64,000 bases of DNA from assembly GCA_965223905.1 (NCBI GenBank), contig CBDCXV010000001.1, positions 640,001 through 704,000 of the forward strand, given 5' to 3'. The notes under the pieces were generated by a model. It was not told the origin of the DNA. It saw only the letters and a list, made by a program, of their open reading frames with translations, and made no database searches. Below are positions 48,877-57,432 of the stretch, one piece after another. The translations under genes were made by a program, and so were the position numbers. This stretch comes from Candidatus Latescibacterota bacterium (GTDB lineage Bacteria > Latescibacterota > UBA2968 > UBA8231). Within the stretch, counting starts at the first letter, position 1, and every line of letters begins with the position of its first letter.

Positions 48877-51144
48877 TCATTGTTGGGGGAAATGGGTTGC
48901 GAGCAAATCCCGAGCCGCCTCCACCTGGATCCCTTGGGAAATGAGAGCTTCGATACCTTCTGGTGCGCCAGCCTCTTCCGCGGCGGCCCTGCCAAACCTT
49001 GCCACCCCCTGCGCATAGAGGCTATCCGCTTCCTCGACCTGCCCCAGCGCCAGGCAGGACAGGGCGAGGCCAAACTGCGCACGAGTGTTGGTTTCGTCCT
49101 TTTCCAATGCGAGGCGAAAAGCGGAAATGGAGTCCTCGGTTCTCCCGCCTTCCCGAAGATCGAGTCCCATCCGAACGCAATCTTCACTGCTTGCCGAACC
49201 TGGATGGTCTTCAAGGATTTGGAGGTATAGCAGAAAGATGGCATCTGATTGCCTTGCAGTTGGGTCTTTCCCCAAAGCGCGTTGGGCCATTGCAATTGCC
49301 TCTTCAATTCTTCCCGAAGCCGCCAGGGCGACAGAAGCATTGAAAAGCAACCCCGCGGGAGCTGCCTGGGAATTCTGTCCCACGGCCTTATGGGCAGTAA
49401 GAGCGGCTTCACTGAGGAGACCCGCCTTGGCAAACGCACCCACTAAGTTCTGCCAGGTTTTGGATCTGTCTGGATTAAATTCCAGGGCCCGTCGATAGGC
49501 CAATATCGCCTGTTCAAAATCCTCTTTCCCAAACAATCCATTGCCCAAATTGTGGTATAATCCCGCGATTTCCCGGCGTAAGGTAGCGACCATCTCTTTG
49601 TTTTTCAGTGGGACCCACAAATCCGGCGCAATTTGAATTCTTATATGGGACCCAGGTGTCTTGAATGTGTCAAGGGTTTTGCGTGCCAAGTCGGCACTTG
49701 GAGAATGTGGGTCTATGGAGTCATTTACCATTTTGTAGATATGCAGGTTAGGGTCTTCAGGAAAAACATCTAATGCTTCGGAAATAATGGTCTCTTGATC
49801 CTTTTTTCCCATGTTTACGAAGAGTAGACGAGAGTAAGCATCCTGAAGATTAATCGTGTCTTTACCCTGGCGTATGGAACGCTTTAGTTGTGCCGCTCCG
49901 GCCTCCATATCCCCACGGGCTATGTAGTTCCTGCCCGAGGAATAAAAGGAAAGGGCCTCCACCTGCTTCAGGGAAAAATAGCTGCTGAGAAAAACGGCCG
50001 TCAGGATTGTTACGTACAGGTAGGGCCAGCAGAACCTCAGGCGTCGGGTTGAAACTTCGATTGTCCAGGCCAGAAGGAGTGAGAATCCTGCAGTTGCAGG
50101 GTAAAGGTAACGCGAAGGTCCCGCAGGCCGGCCGAGAATACTTTCAAAGGTGAGTGGCAGGAAAGGGAGCAGGGACAGCAGAATCCAGGTCGACCACAAC
50201 GATCCCGGGAAGCGTCTCCAGAAAATGAGCAGCGACAGAGCTGCCAGGATTCCGGCACCGGCCCAAAGCTCCCAGGATTGGAATTCGTATAGGGGAAAGG
50301 GCAGCCAATGGGCGGTTGTAAAGAGGCGGCCCAGGGACCACAGAAGGAGTCCTCCCATGCCCGCCAGCAGTTGGAGAAGGTCCTTCTCCGAGTAGAGACC
50401 GATGGCTCGCCCCGTATTGGTTTCTCCTGGAGTAATGGCGACAATGAACACCAACTCCAGGGCGGTCAGAACGAGGAGAGGAAAAAGAGGGCGCAGCGCA
50501 GTTTTCAGGTTGTATCCCTTGGACCAGACCCAGTAGAGGCAGAAAGGCCAAAGAAAAGCCATTGCTGCAAGAGCCATGATGCTTATGAACGAACCGGCGT
50601 AAACTCCCAACAACCAGGCTGATCTCAGGGTGGCAAGGTAGCGCAGGTAGCAAAGCAGGGTTCCCAGACCCAAGGCAAGGGAAAGCGGGTAGTCGAGCGC
50701 GGAGATATGGTGGACGGCCTGGAAGTGGGCGACGTTGACGAGGAAAAGCAGGCCGCCCGTCAGGCTCAGGCATAAGCCACTTCCCAGCCGCCAGGCAAAT
50801 AGCGCCAGGAGAATGGTGGATGAGGCGTGAAAGGCCACGGCCAGAAGGTGGTAGAAGGCGGGGTCATTGCCTCCGATCAGGTAGGCCAGAAACTTTACCA
50901 GGTCGGCGGCTGGGCGGCCGGTGGGTTGTTGCTTTTCTGAAGAGAAAAAGAAGCTGAAGTCCTCTCCGATGGCGACGTTGTCCTGGAACGTTTCATAGTC
51001 GTGGACATCGAGCAGATGGTCTTTCAGGCTGCCGAAATAGAGGGCCGATAACAGGAATACGAGAAGGATGTATCCCGGCCAGACTAGGCGTCTGTTGCTC
51101 AGAGCCATCGAGACAGAATTGAATTTAGAAAATAGGGAAGGCAT
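48877..51144 (-). CDS. Multi-TM protein with C-terminal TPRs, TMTC/GT-C-like architecture
   Basis: First-loop acidic motif DVHD, GRP, FYHLLAVAFH, SRYLYP, about 11 hydrophobic segments, then YHNLGNGL-type TPRs. Confidence 0.7.
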   Translation of the reverse strand: MPSLFSKFNSVSMALSNRRLVWPGYILLVFLLSALYFGSLKDHLLDVHDYETFQDNVAIGEDFSFFFSSEKQQPTGRPAADLVKFLAYLIGGNDPAFYHLLAVAFHASSTILLALFAWRLGSGLCLSLTGGLLFLVNVAHFQAVHHISALDYPLSLALGLGTLLCYLRYLATLRSAWLLGVYAGSFISIMALAAMAFLWPFCLYWVWSKGYNLKTALRPLFPLLVLTALELVFIVAITPGETNTGRAIGLYSEKDLLQLLAGMGGLLLWSLGRLFTTAHWLPFPLYEFQSWELWAGAGILAALSLLIFWRRFPGSLWSTWILLSLLPFLPLTFESILGRPAGPSRYLYPATAGFSLLLAWTIEVSTRRLRFCWPYLYVTILTAVFLSSYFSLKQVEALSFYSSGRNYIARGDMEAGAAQLKRSIRQGKDTINLQDAYSRLLFVNMGKKDQETIISEALDVFPEDPNLHIYKMVNDSIDPHSPSADLARKTLDTFKTPGSHIRIQIAPDLWVPLKNKEMVATLRREIAGLYHNLGNGLFGKEDFEQAILAYRRALEFNPDRSKTWQNLVGAFAKAGLLSEAALTAHKAVGQNSQAAPAGLLFNASVALAASGRIEEAIAMAQRALGKDPTARQSDAIFLLYLQILEDHPGSASSEDCVRMGLDLREGGRTEDSISAFRLALEKDETNTRAQFGLALSCLALGQVEEADSLYAQGVARFGRAAAEEAGAPEGIEALISQGIQVEAARDLLATHFPQQ

Positions 51145-51263
51145 GGGTCCCGGGCGGCAAGGTGGCCGTCCTTCATGCTTTTTGGGCGTGGGTCCTCAAA
51201 ATACCCCTTCAACCGGGGATCAGGAAATCCTTCTCACGCCCTACCACTTGCGCGGTGGGAGCG

Positions 51264-54200
51264 CTATTCCAGCACGATAGAAGTGGGACCGGCCACTCCG
51301 GTTACGAGGTCCTGGATGTTGGAGCCGTCGAGGTCGGCACTCTGAATTCTGTCCGTCCCATTGTCCGTCCAGTACATCCTCCCACCGGCCAAATCCAGAG
51401 CTATCCCTCTGGGCTCACTCAGTCTGGTGACGAGGTCTTGGACATTGGAGCCGTCGAGGTTGGCGCGCTGAATCTTACGTGTGTCCGAATCCGCCCAGTA
51501 CATTTTTTCTCCGGCCAAATCCAAGGCCAATCTATCGGGAACAAGAAAACCGGTGGTGACGAGGTCTTGGACATTGGAGCCGTCGATGTTGGCTCGCTGG
51601 ATCTTGTCCGTTCCTTGGTCAATCCAGTACATCTTGCTATCTGAAATATCCAGGGCAATTCCCCTGGGTCTGTCCAATCCGGTGGTGACGAGGTCTTCCA
51701 CATTGGAGCCGTCAAGGTTGGCCCGTTGGATTTTGTCCGTATCGAGGTCTGTCCAATACATCCTTCCTCCCGGCACATCCAACGCCAACCCCACGGGATA
51801 GCTCAATCCTGTAATGATAAGGTCCTGAATATTCGAGCCGTCGAGGTTGGCCCGTTGAATCTTGTCTGTGCCCTGGTCGGTCCAGTACATTTTCCTCCCT
51901 GCTGAATCCAGGGCCATATCGATGGGCTCACTCAAACCGGTCGTGACGAGGTCTTCGACGTTGGAGCCGTCGATGTCCGCCCGTTGGATCTTGTCCCAGC
52001 TTCCCGCGTTCGTCCAGTACATCTTCAACTTTCCTGATACTTTGAAGGTATAGGTCCGGAGAACCTCTTGGTCCGAGGCCCGCCGCAGCTCAACAGTGGC
52101 TTGGCCCGGTTCGCACCCGGCCAGGTAGACTGTCTGGCCGTTCTGGCGCGTCATGCTGTCCTCTTGTTCCCCCGGGCATTCGTTGAAAGCTTCGCTTGAT
52201 TCAGCTACCAGCATTCGCGTCTCGGTCCCTGTCGGGTTGGCCACCACGGTGATCGGCTCGCTGGCCCGGACCGTAAACCGGTGCTTGGTGCCGTCCCAGG
52301 CAAAGGTCGCCTCGGACGGGTTCGGTGAGAGCAAGGCGACGGGAGAATCCAGGGCCAGCCCCAGGGGCGCGCTCGATTCGCTGCTGAGGAGGTCTTCGAC
52401 GTCGGATCCGTCCAGGTCCGCCCGCTGGATTTTATTGGTGCCCGAGTCCGTCCAGTAGATCTTGCCTGCCTCTACATCCAGAGCGAGCCCCTTGGGAATA
52501 CTCAATCCTGTAGTGACGAGGTCTTCAACCTGGGAGCCGTCGAGATTGGCCCGCTGGATTTTATCGGTGCTGAAGTCGGTCCAGTAGATCTTGCCGGCCT
52601 CCGCATCCAGGGCCAGCCCCTCGGGACTGCTCAATCCGGTGGTGACCAGGTCCTGGATCTGGGAGCCGTCGAGGTTGGCCCGCTGGATCTTGTTGGTGCC
52701 GTAGTCCGACCAGTAGATCTTGCCCCCGTCAGCATCCAGGGCCAACCCCTCGGGACTGTGCAAACCAAGGGAGACCAGGTTTTCGACCCGGGACCCGTCG
52801 AGGTTTGCCCGCCGGATTTTATTGGAGCCCGAGTCCGTCCAGTAGATTTTTCCCGCGTCCACATCCAGGGCGAGCCCGGCGGGTCTTATCAATCCGGAAG
52901 TGATCAGGTCTTCTACCTGGGAGCCGTCCAGCTCTGCCCGCCGGATTTTTCGTGCGCCCTGGTCGGTCCAGTACATCTTGCCTTCCTGCATATTCAGGGC
53001 CATCCCCCTCGGGGAACCGAAGGTGATGAGGTCTTCGACATGGGAGCCGTCGCGGTCGGCGCGTTGAATCTTGTCCCTGCTCGTCCAGTAGATCTTCGAC
53101 ACCCCTGTACCGGGCGTCGCCGAAGGGGATTCCTCGATCGTGAAAGAATAGGTGCGGAGGAGCGTCTGGTCCGAAGCCCGCCGTAGTTGCACCGTCGCCC
53201 GCCCCGCGGAACACCCGGCGAGGTAGATCGCTTCGCCGTCCTGGCGGGCAACCTCGTCTTCGGATTCGGCCGGGCACAGGTTGGATGCAGAGCCGGTGTC
53301 GGTGCTCTCGACTCGCGGGGTGGACTCACTGGGGTTGGCCACCACGACGATCGGCTCGCCGGCCTGGACCGTGAACTCGCGCCACTTTCCGTCGTTTTCG
53401 AAGACAACCGTGGACGGGTCAGGCAACAGCGTGGTCGCCCCAGGGCCCTGCCCACCGGCAGCTGAAATTTCCAAGGCCAGCCCGTAGGCAACGCTTTGTC
53501 CGGTGACGAGGTCCTCGACGTTGGACCCGTCGAGGTTCGCTCGTTGAATCTTGTCCGTGTCCGAGTCGGCCCAGTACATCTTACCCGCCGCCAAATCCAG
53601 GGCCAGCTCCTCGGGCTGAAGCAATCCAGTGGTAACGAGGTCTTCGACATTGGACCCGTCGACATTTGCACGTTGAATCTTGTCCGTTCCCGAATCGGTC
53701 CAGTACATCTTGCCTGCCCCCAGATCCAGGGCCAACCCCGAAGGGCCATCCAGTCCAGTGGTGACGAGGTCTTCGACATTTGACCCGTCGAGGTTGGCCC
53801 GTTGGATCCGGTCCGTCCCGACGGTCATCCAGTACATCTTGCCTGCGGAAACATCCAGGGCCAGCCCCTCGGGCTGACGCCCGGTGTTGACGAGGTCTTC
53901 GACGTTGGACCCGTCGAAGTTTGCCCGTTGGATCTTGGCCGTACTATGGTCTAGCCAGTACATCTTTCCTGTCGACACGTCCAAGGCCAGGCTAAGGGGA
54001 TGAACCAATCCGGTAGTGACGAGGTCTTCGACGTTGGATCCGTCGAGGTTGGCCCGTTGGAGCTTGTCGGTGCCCCGGTCGAGCCAGTACATCTTTCCCC
54101 CCGCCGCATCCATGGCCAGCCCCCTGGGATTGATTAATCCGGTAGTGACGAGGTCTTCGACGTTGGACCCGTCGAGGTTGGCACGTTGAATCCTTGGCGG

Positions 54201-55184
54201 CCCCTCTGCCGTCCAGTACATCTTCAGCGGTTCCCCACCGGGCGTTACCGGCGTACCTGTTTCCGCCAACACGTAGAGGGTGAGGATGAGTACCAGGTCG
54301 GTGGAATCAATCAGGCCGTCGCTGTTTACGTCTCCACGGGATATATCGCCGTTGTTGGGGATAACGATGGAGCTGTCGAGTATGTACAGGGCCACCAGGA
54401 GCGCGTCGACGATATCGACCCGGCCGTTATTGTCCACGTCGCCCAACAGGCCGCTCGCTGTAACCTTCCCCCGAGGCGCGCTGGCCTCCTCGACAACGAG
54501 GTCCACCGGCCCCGTGCCTGTCTGAACCCGAAAGGCCGGGTCCACATAGGTGACAAGCCCCCGACCGGATACGGTCAGGCCATGGACCGGGGCGACCGGC
54601 GGCGCTTCGCCCTTTGCCGGCATACTTCCCGATGACGCGTTCGGGGGGAGCACTCCCGCATGCCCATCCACCAGCACCATACGATGGGTGGCGCTCTTCC
54701 CTCCACCTTGCAGCCGGTAGAGGTATACCCCGGATCCAACCGGGCGGCCTGCGGCATTTCTGCCGTCCCAATGCGCGGTGTGTGAGCCGGCGGTCCGGTC
54801 CCCGTCCACCAGGGTCGCTACCCGTTGGCCAAGCAGGTTGAAGATCTCCAGCCGCACGTGGGTCGAGACCGGCAGTTGAAACGGGATGATGGTGGAAGGA
54901 TTGAAGGGATTGGGGTAGTTCTGCCCCAGGGAAAATCGTTCCGGCAAGGCCGGCGCGGCAGGTTCCGCGGATAGCGCAAACCAGCCGGTTTCATCCGTTG
55001 TTGCGGCGGCCACTCGCCGAAGGCCGGTCAGGTCGAAGAGCATGACTTGGGCTCCAGACGCGGGCTGACCGGAGGTTAGCTTTACCCAACCCCGGACAAC
55101 CGGCTCGGCCCCGGCACGAAGGGCGGATATAAGTCCGATGACAGTCAGACAGCAAATAAGCCGACTAAGGACGGTTGTCTTCAC
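51264..55184 (-). CDS. Secreted LDL-receptor class B (YWTD) repeat protein with internal FlgD-like domain and dockerin
   Basis: Signal peptide; QNYPNPFN domain; GDVDNNG…GDVNSDG dockerin; 18 YWTD-type repeats in three groups of six; GTG start after GAGGAG. Confidence 0.9.
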   Translation of the reverse strand: MKTTVLSRLICCLTVIGLISALRAGAEPVVRGWVKLTSGQPASGAQVMLFDLTGLRRVAAATTDETGWFALSAEPAAPALPERFSLGQNYPNPFNPSTIIPFQLPVSTHVRLEIFNLLGQRVATLVDGDRTAGSHTAHWDGRNAAGRPVGSGVYLYRLQGGGKSATHRMVLVDGHAGVLPPNASSGSMPAKGEAPPVAPVHGLTVSGRGLVTYVDPAFRVQTGTGPVDLVVEEASAPRGKVTASGLLGDVDNNGRVDIVDALLVALYILDSSIVIPNNGDISRGDVNSDGLIDSTDLVLILTLYVLAETGTPVTPGGEPLKMYWTAEGPPRIQRANLDGSNVEDLVTTGLINPRGLAMDAAGGKMYWLDRGTDKLQRANLDGSNVEDLVTTGLVHPLSLALDVSTGKMYWLDHSTAKIQRANFDGSNVEDLVNTGRQPEGLALDVSAGKMYWMTVGTDRIQRANLDGSNVEDLVTTGLDGPSGLALDLGAGKMYWTDSGTDKIQRANVDGSNVEDLVTTGLLQPEELALDLAAGKMYWADSDTDKIQRANLDGSNVEDLVTGQSVAYGLALEISAAGGQGPGATTLLPDPSTVVFENDGKWREFTVQAGEPIVVVANPSESTPRVESTDTGSASNLCPAESEDEVARQDGEAIYLAGCSAGRATVQLRRASDQTLLRTYSFTIEESPSATPGTGVSKIYWTSRDKIQRADRDGSHVEDLITFGSPRGMALNMQEGKMYWTDQGARKIRRAELDGSQVEDLITSGLIRPAGLALDVDAGKIYWTDSGSNKIRRANLDGSRVENLVSLGLHSPEGLALDADGGKIYWSDYGTNKIQRANLDGSQIQDLVTTGLSSPEGLALDAEAGKIYWTDFSTDKIQRANLDGSQVEDLVTTGLSIPKGLALDVEAGKIYWTDSGTNKIQRADLDGSDVEDLLSSESSAPLGLALDSPVALLSPNPSEATFAWDGTKHRFTVRASEPITVVANPTGTETRMLVAESSEAFNECPGEQEDSMTRQNGQTVYLAGCEPGQATVELRRASDQEVLRTYTFKVSGKLKMYWTNAGSWDKIQRADIDGSNVEDLVTTGLSEPIDMALDSAGRKMYWTDQGTDKIQRANLDGSNIQDLIITGLSYPVGLALDVPGGRMYWTDLDTDKIQRANLDGSNVEDLVTTGLDRPRGIALDISDSKMYWIDQGTDKIQRANIDGSNVQDLVTTGFLVPDRLALDLAGEKMYWADSDTRKIQRANLDGSNVQDLVTRLSEPRGIALDLAGGRMYWTDNGTDRIQSADLDGSNIQDLVTGVAGPTSIVLE
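53505..54230. repeat. Intragenic tandem repeat of about 129 bp (first YWTD propeller)
   Basis: Near-identical core GACGAGGTCTTCGACGTTGGACCCGTCGAGGTT at 53505, 53634, 53763, 53889, 54018 and 54147. Confidence 0.9.
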
Positions 55185-55424
55185 GACGTCTCCTCATTGG
55201 TTGTGTATTCCCCCAAAACCAGTTTGGATTGGATGAACCGCCGTGCCGAGAATAGTATACTAAAGCAATGAGAGAAATTTCGGTGGTAAGATCTTGTTGG
55301 TGATTCGAGGAGACGGTGGGGCGCCTTTGCTGGGAGCGACCCTCCCTTTAAATTCCTTACTGGCTATATCTGTCAGGACTGTCGGAAAATCCGAAAGGGG
55401 TCAATAGCTAGGCCTTGGGGGTGA

Positions 55425-55436
55425 AATGTTAACATT
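55425..55436. promoter_or_regulatory. Perfect 12-bp palindrome, candidate transcription-factor operator
   Basis: AATGTTAACATT in the AT-rich divergent intergenic region. Confidence 0.35.
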
Positions 55437-55492
55437 GTATCGTTTTATAGGATACCACGACCTGTTGTGTACTCACTTACTTGGGGACTGAA

Positions 55493-56158
55493 ATGAACCA
55501 ACCTGTTTTGCACGCTCCCGGAGAATCGTACTACACACACACACGTTTGGACATCATCTCGATGCTGGACCCGATTCCAGAAACGGTCCTGGAGGTCGGA
55601 TGCGGCGCTGGAAATACCCTCCGGTATCTGAAGGAACAGGGTGCTCGGGCTACATTCGGCATCGAGCTACACAGGACCGTAGCGGAAACAGCGATGAACA
55701 ATGTGGACCACGTCGCAGTAGGGGACATCGAGTCGATGGGATGGCCGTTCTCCGGCCAGATTTTCGACTGTATCATTTTTGGCGACGTTCTGGAGCATCT
55801 CCGCGATCCCTGGAAGGTGGTAAAAAATCTTTCGGAATCCCTTGCCGTCGGTGGTCAGGTAGTAGCCAGTCTTCCCAACGTGCGTTTCTACGGCGTTTCC
55901 TTCCCGCTTCTATTCGGAGGCCGATGGACCTATACCGAAGAGGGAATTCTCGACCGCACGCATTTACGATTTTTTACTCGAAAAACTGCCGTCGAATTGA
56001 TCTCGGAAAGTGGATTGGTGGTCCGAAAAGTTTCCTCCAACTACGGACCAAAGAGACACCTGCTTAACCGATTGACCATTGGAGCCTTTCGCAACCTTCT
56101 CGCTCGCCAGCATCTGGTTCATGCTTACAAGGCCGGACAATCCGCAATTGAGCAATGA
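55493..56158 (+). CDS. Class I SAM-dependent methyltransferase (glycan-locus type)
   Basis: VLEVGCGAG, FGDVLEHLRDP, SLPNV, GILDRTHLRFFT. Confidence 0.9.
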   Translation: MNQPVLHAPGESYYTHTRLDIISMLDPIPETVLEVGCGAGNTLRYLKEQGARATFGIELHRTVAETAMNNVDHVAVGDIESMGWPFSGQIFDCIIFGDVLEHLRDPWKVVKNLSESLAVGGQVVASLPNVRFYGVSFPLLFGGRWTYTEEGILDRTHLRFFTRKTAVELISESGLVVRKVSSNYGPKRHLLNRLTIGAFRNLLARQHLVHAYKAGQSAIEQ

Positions 56159-56283
56159 GGTAACCTTGAAACCAATCCAAATTTGCAAGAACAGTTTGGA
56201 AATTGAGATGGAGATCATGGCGTTGGGACCTGTAACTTGGAATTACCAGACCGCCGGTCGCTACGCAGTCCAGTGGGGACGAT

Positions 56284-57432
56284 TTACCCGGAAATTGCCT
56301 CCAACCAATTTTCCGCATTTTTCTCGACGGCGAAATCGATTGCTTTCTCTCTCCCACGCGTGCCGAATTGAACTCTCAAATCGTTGTCCAGAATAAGACA
56401 TTCGAGCTTGTGATACAATGACTTATCGTCTTTTTGGGGAATAATGAATCCGCTGGCACCGTCTTCCACCAACTCTTTCGGACCCACGCAATCGGTTGCT
56501 ACGCAGGGAAGGCCGCATGCCATTGCCTCGATCAAGGCCATTCCGAAAAACTCCTGCCAGCCATCGATTTCAAATGAATTCAGTACGAAAATATCGGATG
56601 ACTGGTATTCCCTGATTAAATCCTTCTCATCTGCCAAGTAACCTTTACAGGAAATCCCTTTCTTGTCTTTCATATTCTGCAACTCAGGGCCGTCTCCGAC
56701 GATGGTCAACTCCAGGTGAGGATACTTTCCGAGCAACGACTCGAAAACCCTGGAAAGTTCCATGACTCCCTTTTCCTTCACGACCCTGCCAACGTATAAT
56801 AATCTTAAATTCGTCACCTGCCTGTTTCTCGCGGGGACAAAGAGACGGATGTCCACACTATGGGGAATATGCCTTGCGTTTACCCCTATTCTGGAGAGTT
56901 CATCCGCGCCTTTTTTAGTCACCGCTACTGCTTTCAGACAGTTCAGGAATAACCCCCAAATTTGTCTGGAGCCCAATATTGGCCTATGGACATAGTTTCC
57001 ATCACTCCAATATGGCCAGGAAGTAAAATAGACCACGTTTTTTCCCAACATTTTCAACAGTAGAAAAAAGGGACCCATGATGGAGTAAGGGGCAATAGCG
57101 ACGATGATGTTCCTTCTCCGCAACAGGCGCAAAGGATATAAAAGACTATTCAGGAGCTCACTCCAGGTAGGTTCTTTTTTGCGCGGAGTTCGCCCGCTTA
57201 ACTTTTTGACGAGCAACCTGGCGATGGGAGAACGATACCACAATTTTATTACGAACCATTCGAGCCCTTTATGATCGAACCACTCGAGTTCGATTTTTTT
57301 ATTGGCCGCCAGATGAAGCAAAGATCTGTAATAGCTGTTCAAGGGCGCTTCTCGAAAAATGGCCACTTTCTTCATGGTTTCTCGCTGGTGACTGGAATCG
57401 TCCACTACGATTTCTGCTCCGACATCATTCAT
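56284..57432 (-). CDS. Glycosyltransferase family 4 (low GC)
   Basis: YVGRVVKEKG, VGDGP, EFFGMALIEAMACGLP; start may be 57375. Confidence 0.9.
   Translation of the reverse strand: MNDVGAEIVVDDSSHQRETMKKVAIFREAPLNSYYRSLLHLAANKKIELEWFDHKGLEWFVIKLWYRSPIARLLVKKLSGRTPRKKEPTWSELLNSLLYPLRLLRRRNIIVAIAPYSIMGPFFLLLKMLGKNVVYFTSWPYWSDGNYVHRPILGSRQIWGLFLNCLKAVAVTKKGADELSRIGVNARHIPHSVDIRLFVPARNRQVTNLRLLYVGRVVKEKGVMELSRVFESLLGKYPHLELTIVGDGPELQNMKDKKGISCKGYLADEKDLIREYQSSDIFVLNSFEIDGWQEFFGMALIEAMACGLPCVATDCVGPKELVEDGASGFIIPQKDDKSLYHKLECLILDNDLRVQFGTRGREKAIDFAVEKNAENWLEAISG

Noticed and set aside
51264-54230. Regularly spaced DNA repeats as a CRISPR array or DGR template/variable repeats
   Set aside because: They are in-frame 42-43-codon protein repeats; no cas or reverse transcriptase gene is present and differences are not adenine-specific.
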